From Thermoanaerobaculia bacterium (lineage in GTDB: Bacteria; Acidobacteriota; Thermoanaerobaculia; Multivoradales; UBA5704), in the NCBI GenBank assembly GCA_044226625.1, contig JBGAGQ010000014.1, positions 32,001 to 96,000 on the forward strand: a DNA stretch of 64,000 nucleotides. The letters are read 5' to 3'. Shown here piece after piece: positions 1 to 10,814 of this stretch. The translations under genes and the position numbers were made by a program. The notes below the pieces were generated by a model. That model was not told the origin of the DNA. It worked only from the letters and a program-made list of their open reading frames with translations, and ran no database searches. Each line of letters starts with the position of its first letter. The stretch's first letter is position 1.

Positions 1-91
1 GCAGCTTGGCTACGAGGCGTTCCGAAAGGTCTGGTTCGATCGGCGCCGTGGGCGTCCGCCCAAGGCGACCGATTCCGCCCGAGAAACCTAG
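1..91 (+). CDS. 3' end of a gene truncated by the window edge (QLGYEAFRKVWFDRRRGRPPKATDSARET*)
   Basis: Open frame from nt 2 to TAG at 89-91. The stop overlaps the convergent sulfatase stop in a shared CTAG at 88-91. Confidence 0.5.
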   Translation, partial: QLGYEAFRKVWFDRRRGRPPKATDSARET

Positions 92-1518
92 CTGATCGCG
101 TCCCGCTCGCGCTGCGCGAGCTTCTTTGCCAGACGGGTCCGTTCCTTCTGATAGGCCGGGTCGTAGGCGAGGTTATTCACTTCGTTCGGATCGTTCTCCA
201 GATCGTACAGCTCGAATTCCTCCGGATAGGAGCCGTTCGCGTCGAAGTAGCGGGCGTATTTCCACCGGGTCTCGCGAATGCAACGGATGCGGTTCGCCGC
301 GCGCACAGCGCTCGGATTGCTCGGGAATCCGGCCCGTACGTCGTCGAAGGTGAAGTAGAGATCGCCTCCTCCCGTCCCGCGGTCGGGGTTCGCGAGCTGG
401 GGCGCGAACGAAGTTCCTTTGGCGCCCGCGGGCGGCGCGACGCCGCAGAGGTCGGAGATCGTGGGGAGAACGTCGATCAACGAGACCATGCGATCCGTGG
501 CCTTCGCCTCAGGGAAGAGGAGGGGGTTCGAGACGACCAGCGGGATCCGGATCGTCTCCTCGTAGACGTTGAACGCCTTTTGACGCAGGCCGCCGTGGGC
601 GAGCCCCATCTCGCCGTGGTCGGCGGTGCGAAGGACCACCGTGTTCTTCCCCAGCTCGGTCGGCTCGCCGTTTTCGTCATAGAGCAGGTCGAGAATCGGA
701 TCGAGCTGACCGTCGATCTGCGCGACCAGATTGGCGTAGAAGTTGACGTAGTCGAGCTTGCGCTGCTTGGTTCCCAGCAGGCCGAGGCCGAATGCCGCGG
801 TCGGGACGAGCTGCGACTGGGCGGTCGGTTTCCGGTTCGCGCGTAGGTTCTCGTTCCAGGTCGGGGGTAGCTTGACATCTCCGGCAAGGTCGGCGTCCGA
901 ATAACCGAACGTATAGCTCTGAGGATACGAGAGCACGTCGTGCGGATTGACCAGCGAGAGCGTGAGGCAGAACGGCCGGTTCGGATCGGCGCTGCGCAGG
1001 AAGTCCACCGTCTGATCGATGTAGCGTTGATCGTGCGCGGCATAGCCACCGCCGAAATTCCGCACGTCGGTGTCCTCACCCGCATCGGGCGGCACCCATC
1101 CTTCGAAGCCGTAGATCGAGATCCCTTCCTGGAGCAGGCTGTTCTCGCCGTCCGGCCCTTTGACCAAATGAAATTTTCCGCGGTAGGGCACGCGGTAGCC
1201 CGCGGGGCGGAGCGTAGTGGCGAGATTGGGAATCGTCGGATCGAGCTCGTTTTCGGTCGGCGAGAATTTTCCGTTGTAGGTGAGCGTGTCCATCACCTGA
1301 TGCTGCGCGGGGTAGAGGCTGGTGAAGAGCGTGCTCCGGCTCGGGCTGCACATACAGGCGTTGCAAAAGGCGCGAGTAAACGAGAGCCCATGCTTCTTGA
1401 GCCGCGTGAGATTCTTCAATCGCCGCGCCTCCCAGCCGGGTGGGAAATGCTGGGTCGCGCGTTCCTGGTCGGTGATCAGGAGGATGACGTTCGGGCGAGC
1501 GGGGAGCGGACTCTTCAT
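88..1518 (-). CDS. Sulfatase (formylglycine-dependent, arylsulfatase/choline-sulfatase-like)
   Basis: PNVILLITDQ start, CSPSRSTLFT (CxPxR) motif, GKFHL, NPHD, TADHGEM, YEETIRIPL, ELYDLENDPNE; RBS GAGGAG. Confidence 0.93.
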   Translation of the reverse strand: MKSPLPARPNVILLITDQERATQHFPPGWEARRLKNLTRLKKHGLSFTRAFCNACMCSPSRSTLFTSLYPAQHQVMDTLTYNGKFSPTENELDPTIPNLATTLRPAGYRVPYRGKFHLVKGPDGENSLLQEGISIYGFEGWVPPDAGEDTDVRNFGGGYAAHDQRYIDQTVDFLRSADPNRPFCLTLSLVNPHDVLSYPQSYTFGYSDADLAGDVKLPPTWNENLRANRKPTAQSQLVPTAAFGLGLLGTKQRKLDYVNFYANLVAQIDGQLDPILDLLYDENGEPTELGKNTVVLRTADHGEMGLAHGGLRQKAFNVYEETIRIPLVVSNPLLFPEAKATDRMVSLIDVLPTISDLCGVAPPAGAKGTSFAPQLANPDRGTGGGDLYFTFDDVRAGFPSNPSAVRAANRIRCIRETRWKYARYFDANGSYPEEFELYDLENDPNEVNNLAYDPAYQKERTRLAKKLAQRERDAIS

Positions 1519-1610
1519 CGCGATTCTCCTCGATGGGAAACAGACAGGGTTTGGACGGGTGTCGGGATCGTACAGGATCCACCGATCGGGCTTGAGGAGA
1601 GACGAGACAC

Positions 1611-1636
1611 CGGGGACCCGCCGTAGCGGGCCCCCG
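1611..1636 (-). terminator. GC-rich hairpin with cUACGg tetraloop between the oxidase and sulfatase genes
   Basis: Minus-strand CGGGGGCCCGC-TACG-GCGGGTCCCCG (11-bp stem, one G.U) followed by a pyrimidine-rich tail. Confidence 0.55.
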
Positions 1637-1659
1637 AGGGCACGGGATGCGTCGCCGCG

Positions 1660-3369
1660 CTACTCCGCGCCGGTGACCGAGGCGGCGGACGGCGCGTACT
1701 CGATGGCCGGCTGCTCGGTCGCGAGGAGACCGGTCTTTCTCCGGAGCAACGAGATCACGTGGTCGGCGGAGAGGAGGGCGCCCTCCATCCAGCCGGGCAG
1801 ATACGACATCTGATCCCCGGCGACGAAGAATCGCTGGTCGGGGAGTAGGAGACGCGCGTAAGCTTTCTTGTGGGCCTCGTTGCTACGGTTCCAATCGGCC
1901 CACCCCCCTTCGAGGAACGGCACCTGCTGCCAGGCGATCGACAGGCCGCCCGATTTCGGAACGAATTCACGGAACCGGGGGTGTAGCCGTTCGCCGCCGC
2001 GGAGCGCTTCCTCCAACCGATCGTCGAGCGACAGGTTGCCGAACCACTCGGCGGTCTTCTTGGTCGAGGAATCGTAGTTGTAGGTGCCCGTGAGCACCGC
2101 GCGCCCCTTCGAGAAGAATCCCGACGAGGGATACCAGACCTGGGTGACCGGATGGTCGATCCAGCTGATCCCGCCGAAGATTCGATCGCCGTCGAGGTCC
2201 TCCCAGAATCGCCGCTCGGCCTGCCAGCCCACCTTGCAGGTATTGGCGAGGGGAACGGTACCCACGGCGTCGAGGAACGCGGGCTCGAACGTCGATTTCT
2301 CGAGCGCCTTGGTGAGCAGCCGAAGCGGGATGGTGCTGATGCAATAGTCGGCCCGATGCAGCTTGCCGTCCGCGGTGCGTACCACCACTCCGTTGGCCCC
2401 GTTTTGAACGTTGACGACCACGGCTTGCCGAAGGATCGTCGCGTCGCCGCCCACCGCGATGGCCAACGCGTCGACGATCTTCCGCATGCCGCCGACCGGC
2501 TCGAAGAGAGTGGTCTGCCACTCGTAATCCTCGGCCTGATAGAAGCGGTGCTCCCAGAATCGGGAGCCAAACAACGCGCCACGGTCGAGCTTCGCTTCGA
2601 GCACGCCGGGCGTGACGACGCCGGGCTCCTTCACGTAGCCGCTCCGCGGGGAGCCGTTGTATTGGCGGGTGGCGCTGTCGATCTTGCCGAATGTGACCAG
2701 CAGGGAGCGAAGCTCCGCCCGCTGCTTTTCTGGGATCTCGTCGTCGAGGCACTTCTTGTCGATCGCTTTGTCGAGCAACTCGGCGATGTAACCGCGGGTG
2801 TCGTTCGCGATCCTCCGGTTTGCGATCGAAGCGCGATCGAAGGAGATGTCGGTCTGGAAGCGGTTTGCCCGCGTCTCCATGATGTAGGGCTCGAGGGCGA
2901 CCCCCAGCTCTGCGCAGAGCCCGAGCAGCGTAGTGTGATGGTAGGGGATGCGGCCGCATCCCGCTTCGAAATAGAGCCCCCGGTCATAGCGGCAGACCTG
3001 ATCCGGACGATCCTTCTGCCGGATCACGTCGCGCTTCTCCGTGGGGTCGCTGTTGACCGTGAAATTGCGGCCCCCGATGCGATCCGAGGCCTCGAGAACG
3101 CGAACCTGGAAGCCGGCTTTCTTCAAGCGGTAGGCGGCGCCCAAACCGCCCACCCCGGCGCCCAGGATCAGGACCGAGCGGTTCTCTCCTTCATCCCGAC
3201 CCAGCTCGAGCGGCGCGGTGCGGCCCGGCGTGGGCATCATCCCCATCGCGACCATGGTCTCGTAGACCGCTGAAGCCCCGCCGACCGCTCCTACCATCTC
3301 TAGGAATCGCCTGCGGGTGAAAGGTCCTGCCGGTCTGCTCTCGTTGCCGCCTTCGCCGTTCTCGCTCAT
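1660..3369 (-). CDS. Flavin monoamine oxidase / L-amino-acid oxidase family protein with Tat-like signal
   Basis: TRRRFLEMVG twin-arginine motif, ILGAGVGGL dinucleotide-binding motif, EASDRIGGR, FEAGCGRIP, C-terminal AGDQMSYLPGWMEGAL. Confidence 0.9.
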   Translation of the reverse strand: MSENGEGGNESRPAGPFTRRRFLEMVGAVGGASAVYETMVAMGMMPTPGRTAPLELGRDEGENRSVLILGAGVGGLGAAYRLKKAGFQVRVLEASDRIGGRNFTVNSDPTEKRDVIRQKDRPDQVCRYDRGLYFEAGCGRIPYHHTTLLGLCAELGVALEPYIMETRANRFQTDISFDRASIANRRIANDTRGYIAELLDKAIDKKCLDDEIPEKQRAELRSLLVTFGKIDSATRQYNGSPRSGYVKEPGVVTPGVLEAKLDRGALFGSRFWEHRFYQAEDYEWQTTLFEPVGGMRKIVDALAIAVGGDATILRQAVVVNVQNGANGVVVRTADGKLHRADYCISTIPLRLLTKALEKSTFEPAFLDAVGTVPLANTCKVGWQAERRFWEDLDGDRIFGGISWIDHPVTQVWYPSSGFFSKGRAVLTGTYNYDSSTKKTAEWFGNLSLDDRLEEALRGGERLHPRFREFVPKSGGLSIAWQQVPFLEGGWADWNRSNEAHKKAYARLLLPDQRFFVAGDQMSYLPGWMEGALLSADHVISLLRRKTGLLATEQPAIEYAPSAASVTGAE

Positions 3370-3557
3370 GCCGTTCTCCTTGGACGGTGACGCATGGAGG
3401 AATCCGCTCCGAGCCCGAACAACAGGCGTTGGAGGGAGGGGCTGGCGCTTGGATGATGGTGGCGAGAAAGCTAACGCACTTCGGAAGGGAAGTGGGAGTG
3501 CAAACCGAGGTTAGCGGGGGCGCCTTGACCCCGACGCGACCTCGCCGTGACTTCCGA

Positions 3558-3908
3558 TTAGCTCCGCAGGATTTTTTCCATCGCCTTGCCCTTTGCGAGC
3601 TCGTCGATCAACTTGTCCAAGTAGCGGATTTTCCGCATCAGCGGGTCCTCGATCTCTTCGACCCGATAGCCGCAGATGACGCCGGTGATCTTCGAGACGT
3701 TCGGGTTGAGCCGAGGGGCCTCGGCGAAGAAGGTCTCGAAACTGACCTTCGCTTCGATCTGCCGTTCGAGCGTCGGCTGGTCGTAGCCCGTGAGCCAGCG
3801 GATGATCTCGTGGAGCTCCTCTCTCGTGCGCCCCTTCTTTTCCGCCTTCTGAACGTAGTGGGGATAGACGCTCGCGAACGCCATTCGGAAGACTCTCGTG
3901 TTGTCCAC
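3558..3908 (-). CDS. DUF2200 family protein
   Basis: [18 protein letters not shown]...WLTGY...[35 protein letters not shown] is the typical family sequence. Confidence 0.9.
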   Translation of the reverse strand: MDNTRVFRMAFASVYPHYVQKAEKKGRTREELHEIIRWLTGYDQPTLERQIEAKVSFETFFAEAPRLNPNVSKITGVICGYRVEEIEDPLMRKIRYLDKLIDELAKGKAMEKILRS

Positions 3909-3930
3909 TGCGATCCTCGCTTTCCGCGTT

Positions 3931-4776
3931 TCAGGTCGGCTGTCGCTTCCATCGCCGATGTACCCACACCCATTGCTCCGGCACCTTTCGGATCTGGCGC
4001 TCGATTTCCACCGTCATCGCGGCGGTTGCCTCGGTCGGATCGTCGGGCAGCGCCATTTCCGGATGGACCGTCGCGCGATGGCTGCCGTCGGCGAGGCGCT
4101 CGATGAAGGTGGGGAAGACGGCGGCCTTCTGTTTGATCGCGATCTTCGCCGCACCAACCGGGGTGAACGCCGGGCGGCCGAAGAACGGCACCCACGTTCC
4201 TTCGACCTGTGTGTCCTGATCGATCAGCAGCCCGAGCGCGGTGCCTTTGCGGAGCGCTCCAAGCAGTTGGCGCGCGGCGCCGTCGCTGCCTCGTTCGATC
4301 GTCGCGGTGCCGAAGCGGGCTCGTAGGCCGGCGAGCATCTTTTGGAGCCCGGGCTCGTCGAGCGAGCGGGCCACGGCGGCGAGGGGCAGACCGTGGACCG
4401 AGAGGGCCGCGGCGAGCACCTCCCAGTTGCCGCAGTGTCCGGTAAGGATGACGATCGGCCGGCCGGCCGTGCGGGCTGCTTCGAGAAGCGGCCAGCCTTC
4501 GAGCACGACCTGGGATTTCAAGCTCTCCGCGTCGCGGCGAAGCAGGTGGAGGCACTCTCCGAGGGTCACGCCGAGATGGCGGAACGACGCGCGCGCCAGC
4601 ATTCTCCGCTCCTCGGCCGGCAGGTCGGGAAACGCGATCTGCCAAGCGAAAAGCCCGAACCCGGCGCCGAAACGTTGGGCGACGCGCCACGAGAGGCGCC
4701 CCCAGGTGCTGGCGAGCGCGCCGACCGCGAAAGCGAGCGCGCGGTCGTGCCAAAGGTTCTTTGGATCGCGGGGCAC
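3931..4776 (-). CDS. lpxL: Lipid A biosynthesis acyltransferase (LpxL/HtrB family)
   Basis: [20 protein letters not shown] and [12 protein letters not shown] motifs; last gene of the kds cluster. Confidence 0.88.
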   Translation of the reverse strand: MPRDPKNLWHDRALAFAVGALASTWGRLSWRVAQRFGAGFGLFAWQIAFPDLPAEERRMLARASFRHLGVTLGECLHLLRRDAESLKSQVVLEGWPLLEAARTAGRPIVILTGHCGNWEVLAAALSVHGLPLAAVARSLDEPGLQKMLAGLRARFGTATIERGSDGAARQLLGALRKGTALGLLIDQDTQVEGTWVPFFGRPAFTPVGAAKIAIKQKAAVFPTFIERLADGSHRATVHPEMALPDDPTEATAAMTVEIERQIRKVPEQWVWVHRRWKRQPT

Positions 4777-4846
4777 GACGGGGGCCTAGCTCGCTATGCC
4801 CGAAGATCCTTCCAAAGGAAGGATCGCAGGACGGGGAGTCATTACC

Positions 4847-5404
4847 TCAACGCCCTGCCTCGACGAATCGCTCGACGATCACGTCCCATTCTCCCCGGGC
4901 GCGCAGGATCGCCTCGATCATCTCGCGCACCGCGCCGCGTCCGCCGGTGCGAGAGAGGACCCGATGGGCACGGGCGCGTACTTCCGGAGCGGCGTCCGCG
5001 GGCGCGAAGCTCAAGGCGGCTCGAGCGAGGAGCGGGAGGTCGGGGAGGTCGTCGCCGATCACCGCGACCGCATCGGCCGTGGTGCCCTGCGCGGCGAGAA
5101 ACTCGCCGAACGCCTCGCGTTTGTCGGAGCGGTTCTGGACGAAGGCGTCGAGCCCAAGCTCTCGCGAGCGGGCGACCAGCGCCGCGCTTGCGCGGCCCGA
5201 GAGGATACCGACCTTGAGGCCCGCCCCCTGCGCCAGCTTGATGCCGAGCCCGTCGCGCACGTCGAACGTTTTGAGCTGCTCGCCTTTCGGTCCGAAGAGC
5301 AGGCTACCGTCGGTGAGCACTCCGTCGACGTCCAGGAGCAGCCAGGCGAGTCGCCGAGCGCGCCGTTCGAGCTCCGCGTCGTCGAGGGGAACCGGCGGAA
5401 CCAT
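4847..5404 (-). CDS. kdsC: KDO 8-phosphate phosphatase (HAD)
   Basis: DVDGVLTDG, FDVRDGLG, IGDDLPD, GGRGAVRE. The true start ATG at 5404 overlaps the kdsD stop (ATGA). Confidence 0.93.
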   Translation of the reverse strand: MVPPVPLDDAELERRARRLAWLLLDVDGVLTDGSLLFGPKGEQLKTFDVRDGLGIKLAQGAGLKVGILSGRASAALVARSRELGLDAFVQNRSDKREAFGEFLAAQGTTADAVAVIGDDLPDLPLLARAALSFAPADAAPEVRARAHRVLSRTGGRGAVREMIEAILRARGEWDVIVERFVEAGR

Positions 5405-6372
5405 CAGAAAAGCTCCAGACCCCAAAGGTCGTGGAGGTGGACGATGCCGACCGGTCGCCCGTCGGGACCGCAGACGAAGAGCGAGGTGATCCGCCGCTCC
5501 TCCATCTCGTGGAGCGCCGCGGCGGCGAGCTCCTCGGGCGCAATCGTCTTCGGATCCGCGTTCATACAGTCGCCGGCCGAACGGCCGAGGGGGGAATCGT
5601 CGTTCGCGAGCAGACGGCGCAGGTCTCCGTCCGAGATGCATCCGATGAGCTTGCCCCCGTCGTCGACCACCGCCGTGATGCCCAGGCCCTTCTTCGACAT
5701 CTCGTAGATCGCGTCGCGCATCGGCGTGTCGATCCGGACCGCCGGCAACGCCGCGCCGGTGTGCATCAACTGCTCGACCTTCATCAGCCGTTTGCCGAGC
5801 TGTCCGGCCGGATGGAGCTTGGCGAAATCCTCACGGGTGAATCCCTTCGCCTCGATCAGCGCCATGGCGAGTGCGTCGCCCATGGCGAGCGTGGCCGTAG
5901 TGGACGCCGTGGGCGCGAGGTCGAGCGGACAGGCTTCGCGATCGATCGCTACGGACAGGTGCAAATCGGCATGGCGGGCGAGCGGGCTTTCCCTGTTGCC
6001 GGTGATCGCGATCAGCCCAACGCCCAGACGCTTGAGCGTTTCGACGAGCCGCAGCAGCTCGTCCGTCGTTCCCGAGGACGAGGCGGCGAGGACGACGTCG
6101 CCCGGGACGATCATGCCGAGATCGCCGTGCACCGCCTCGGCCGGATGGAGGAAGAACGAGGGCGTGCCGGTCGAGGCGAGCGTCGCCGCGACCTTCTTCA
6201 TAATGTGCCCGCTCTTGCCCATTCCGGTGCAGATCACCCGCCCGGCCGAAGTGGCGAGCAGGGCGACCGCCGCGTCGAACGCGGAATCGAGCTGGTCGGA
6301 CAGGGCTCGGATCGCGGCAGCCTCGGTGGCGAAAACCTCCTCGGCGACCTGGCGCGGGGTGCGCGCCGTCAC
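5404..6372 (-). CDS. kdsD: Arabinose-5-phosphate isomerase (SIS + 2 CBS)
   Basis: GMGKSGHI, STGTPSFFLHPAEAVHGDLG, EACPLDLAPTAST, HPAGQLG, CBS pair. Confidence 0.95.
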   Translation of the reverse strand: MTARTPRQVAEEVFATEAAAIRALSDQLDSAFDAAVALLATSAGRVICTGMGKSGHIMKKVAATLASTGTPSFFLHPAEAVHGDLGMIVPGDVVLAASSSGTTDELLRLVETLKRLGVGLIAITGNRESPLARHADLHLSVAIDREACPLDLAPTASTTATLAMGDALAMALIEAKGFTREDFAKLHPAGQLGKRLMKVEQLMHTGAALPAVRIDTPMRDAIYEMSKKGLGITAVVDDGGKLIGCISDGDLRRLLANDDSPLGRSAGDCMNADPKTIAPEELAAAALHEMEERRITSLFVCGPDGRPVGIVHLHDLWGLELF

Positions 6373-7208
6373 GCGCTCTCCTCCGTCGAGACCGCCGCGA
6401 GGGCGCGCCGGACCGCGAGGAGAGAGGCGAGCAGCTGTTCGGCGCGCTCGGGATCGAGCTGCACGGCGGCGTCGGATAGCGCCCGTTCGGGATCCGGATG
6501 GATCTCCAGGAAGACGCCGTCCGCTCCAGCGGCGACTGCGGCGCGCGCGAGCGGCTCGGCGAACCGGCGGAGGCCGCCGCTCTGCTCGCCGCCTCCGGGC
6601 ATCTGGAGCGAGTGGGTGACGTCGTAGATCACCGCGAGTCCGTCGTCCTGCATCCAGGCGAAGCTCCGCATGTCGACCACCAGGTTGTGATAGCCGAAGG
6701 AGGTACCCCGCTCGGTGACGGTGATCCGGTCGTTGCCCGTGCTCCGCGCCTTGTCGACGATCCGTCGGAGATCGTCGGGCGCCATGAACTGCCCCTTTTT
6801 GAGATTCACCGACCGGCCGGTCGCCGCGGCCGCCACCACGAGGTCGGTCTGACGACAGAGGAACGCCGGGATTTGCAGAACGTCGCAGACCTCCGCGGCC
6901 GGACCGCAGTGATGAACCTCGTGCACGTCCGTCAACAGCGGAAGCCCCGTCTCGCGCTTCACCGCCGAAAGCCAGCGGAGCCCCACCTCGAGCCCCGGCC
7001 CCCGCGGGCTCCCCAGCGAGCTGCGGTTTGCCTTGTCGAACGATGACTTGAAGATAAGACCGATCCCGAGCCGGCGGGCCATCTCGGCGAGGCGGTGGCC
7101 CATCTCGAGCGCCAGCCCTTCGGATTCGAGCATGCAGGGGCCGGCGATGACCGGAAGTTGAACGGGATCGCCGCCGATCGGCACTCCCGGTGCGAGATCG
7201 AACGACAT
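6369..7208 (-). CDS. kdsA: KDO 8-phosphate synthase
   Basis: IAGPC, KSSFDKANRSS, QIPAFLCRQTDL, KKGQF, ERGTSFGY, DVTHSLQ. Start at ATG 7208 or the alternative at 7256. Confidence 0.96.
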   Translation of the reverse strand: MSFDLAPGVPIGGDPVQLPVIAGPCMLESEGLALEMGHRLAEMARRLGIGLIFKSSFDKANRSSLGSPRGPGLEVGLRWLSAVKRETGLPLLTDVHEVHHCGPAAEVCDVLQIPAFLCRQTDLVVAAAATGRSVNLKKGQFMAPDDLRRIVDKARSTGNDRITVTERGTSFGYHNLVVDMRSFAWMQDDGLAVIYDVTHSLQMPGGGEQSGGLRRFAEPLARAAVAAGADGVFLEIHPDPERALSDAAVQLDPERAEQLLASLLAVRRALAAVSTEESA

Positions 7209-7257
7209 CCGAGCGCTCGACGGATCCGCCGGTTGACCCCCCGGATGGGCCGCCAAA

Positions 7258-9057
<1,800 letters not shown>

Positions 9058-9176
9058 TCAATCCGAGGTTTGGGCCGAGCGATGGGCCGAGATTTCGCGC
9101 AGGGCAAGCCGATGCCCGGGAAGGCGGCTCTCTGCGGAAGCTGTTCGGGTGGGGGCGAAGTAGCGTTGCACATCCA

Positions 9177-9206
9177 AAGCTAGCCCGCCCGGGTGGAGGC
9201 TGTCAA
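9177..9206 (-). promoter_or_regulatory. Putative sigma-70 promoter for pyrG-kdsA-kdsD-kdsC-lpxL
   Basis: Minus-strand TTGACA (9206-9201), 18-nt spacer, TAGCTT (9182-9177). Confidence 0.55.
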
Positions 9207-9325
9207 CGTACGCGCCGGTCCGGAGCTGGCATCGATGCGGTTTGACCCGCGGGGGCAGCTGGCAGCGCCGCGGGCGCGCACCCGAGGGAGCCAACCGGGC
9301 TCAACCGGAGTGAGCGTCGCCAGCC

Positions 9326-10069
9326 CTAACCGGCCGCGAGGCGCCGCTCGACTTCCGCGAGGTCCTCGGCCGTGTCGACCCCGATCGAGGTCTCGCGGGT
9401 TTCGAGCACCCGGATCGGCAGGCCGTTCTCGAGCGCCCGGAGCTGTTCGAGCGATTCGGTTCGCTCGAGGGCGGTGGGGGCGAGGGCGGCGAAGTCGAGC
9501 AGCGCCTGCCGCTGGTAGCCGTAGATGCCGAGATGCTTGAGCGGCGTCCATCCCCCCTCGCCGCGCGGAAACGGGATGTGCGAGCGAGAGAAGTAGAGCG
9601 CTTGGCCCGTCCGGTCGAGCACCACCTTCACCGCGTTCGGATTGTCGAGCTCGTCCTCGGCGGCCTTCACCGCGAGCGTGACGATCGGGTCGCCCGGATG
9701 GCTCGCCAGGTGCTCGGCCACCTGGGTGACCGCGCCGGGATCGATCATCGGCTCGTCTCCCTGGATGTTGATCACCCCGGAAGCGCTCCAATTCCGGGCC
9801 GCCCAGGCGATCCGGTCGGTGCCGCTGGTGCAGCTCTCCGGGGTCATCTCCACCTCGCCGCCGAACCCTCGGACCACCAACGCGATCCGCTCGTCGTCGG
9901 TGAGGACGACGACCCGGGAAAGCCCGCTGGCTCGCGCGACCCGCTCGTAGACGTGCTGGACCATCGGCCGCCCGAGGATCGGGGCGAGCGCTTTGGCCGG
10001 CAGCCGGGTCGAGCCGTACCGGGCGGGGATGGCGCCGACGATTTCAATCGAAGAGGAGGTCTCGGTCAT
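9326..10069 (-). CDS. kdsB: CMP-KDO synthetase
   Basis: IPARYGSTRLPAKAL, SGTDRI, NIQGDEP, ALYFSRS, HLGIYGY, ESLEQLRALE. Start ATG 10069 overlaps the upstream stop. Confidence 0.96.
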   Translation of the reverse strand: MTETSSSIEIVGAIPARYGSTRLPAKALAPILGRPMVQHVYERVARASGLSRVVVLTDDERIALVVRGFGGEVEMTPESCTSGTDRIAWAARNWSASGVINIQGDEPMIDPGAVTQVAEHLASHPGDPIVTLAVKAAEDELDNPNAVKVVLDRTGQALYFSRSHIPFPRGEGGWTPLKHLGIYGYQRQALLDFAALAPTALERTESLEQLRALENGLPIRVLETRETSIGVDTAEDLAEVERRLAAG

Positions 10070-10695
10070 GGCGTTCCGTAAGCCTCGATCGGCCTCTCGG
10101 CCACGAAGTCCCCCGGAGTCGGGCCGCCCCGGGTCCAAACCAGGCCGAGGTCGATCTCCACCGCTTCGAACGGCTCGGCGCGGACGGTCGCGGCCCCTTC
10201 GAAGGTTTCCGAGAGGAGCCAATGAGCGTTGTGAAGTCGGTAGACCTCCAACGTGGCGAGGACGGGATCGAGAATCCAGGCGTGCGGTATTCCCGCGGCG
10301 GCGTAGATCCGGAGCTTCTTGATCCGATCGAAGCGGGCCGTCGACGGCGACAGCAGCTCGCAGATCCAGTCGGGTCGCACGAGGTAGGGACCGTCGGAAG
10401 GGGACGAGAAACGCTCGCGCCGCCACCCGGCGAGGTCGGGGATCAGCAGGTTGGCGCCGAAGCGGATCTCGGGCTCCGCGAGGATCACCCAGCCTCCAGG
10501 TCCGCCCCGGCCGAACCGGAAGGGAGGGAGCAGCAGCCCGGTGAGGGCGGAGGCCGCCTCCACGTGCGGCGCCGCCGGGCGCGGAAAGGCGAACAGCGAG
10601 CCCTCGGCGATCTGCCCCTTCCATCCCGCGGGTAGATCTTCGAGATCGCGCTCCGTCGCCGGCCCGGGCGTGCTCCAGCGGAAAGGCTCGATCAT
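10066..10695 (-). CDS. Uma2/DUF820 family endonuclease
   Basis: GGPGGWVILAEPE, PDLAGWRRER, PDWICELLSPST, DRIKKLRIYA, WILDP. Start ATG 10695 or GTG/TTG 10785. Confidence 0.9.
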   Translation of the reverse strand: MIEPFRWSTPGPATERDLEDLPAGWKGQIAEGSLFAFPRPAAPHVEAASALTGLLLPPFRFGRGGPGGWVILAEPEIRFGANLLIPDLAGWRRERFSSPSDGPYLVRPDWICELLSPSTARFDRIKKLRIYAAAGIPHAWILDPVLATLEVYRLHNAHWLLSETFEGAATVRAEPFEAVEIDLGLVWTRGGPTPGDFVAERPIEAYGTP

Positions 10696-10814
10696 GAAGG
10701 GCGAGAATAACGCGATCCTCCCGGAGGAGGGAGCGTTCGGTTTGGATAGACTCCCCGGTCTTTCCGGGGGCTCGCCCCGGCTCAATCCCTCAGACGCGAT
10801 TTCGAGGTCACGCC

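Noticed and set aside
1-91. RRRGRPPK at the end of the edge gene as a sign of a transposase or AT-hook protein
   Set aside because: Only 29 codons are visible, too little to assign a family.
3470-3515. CIRCE-like GCACT...GAGTGC inverted repeat upstream of the oxidase
   Set aside because: The spacer is longer than 9 nt and the flanks mismatch; may be another operator but is unsupported.
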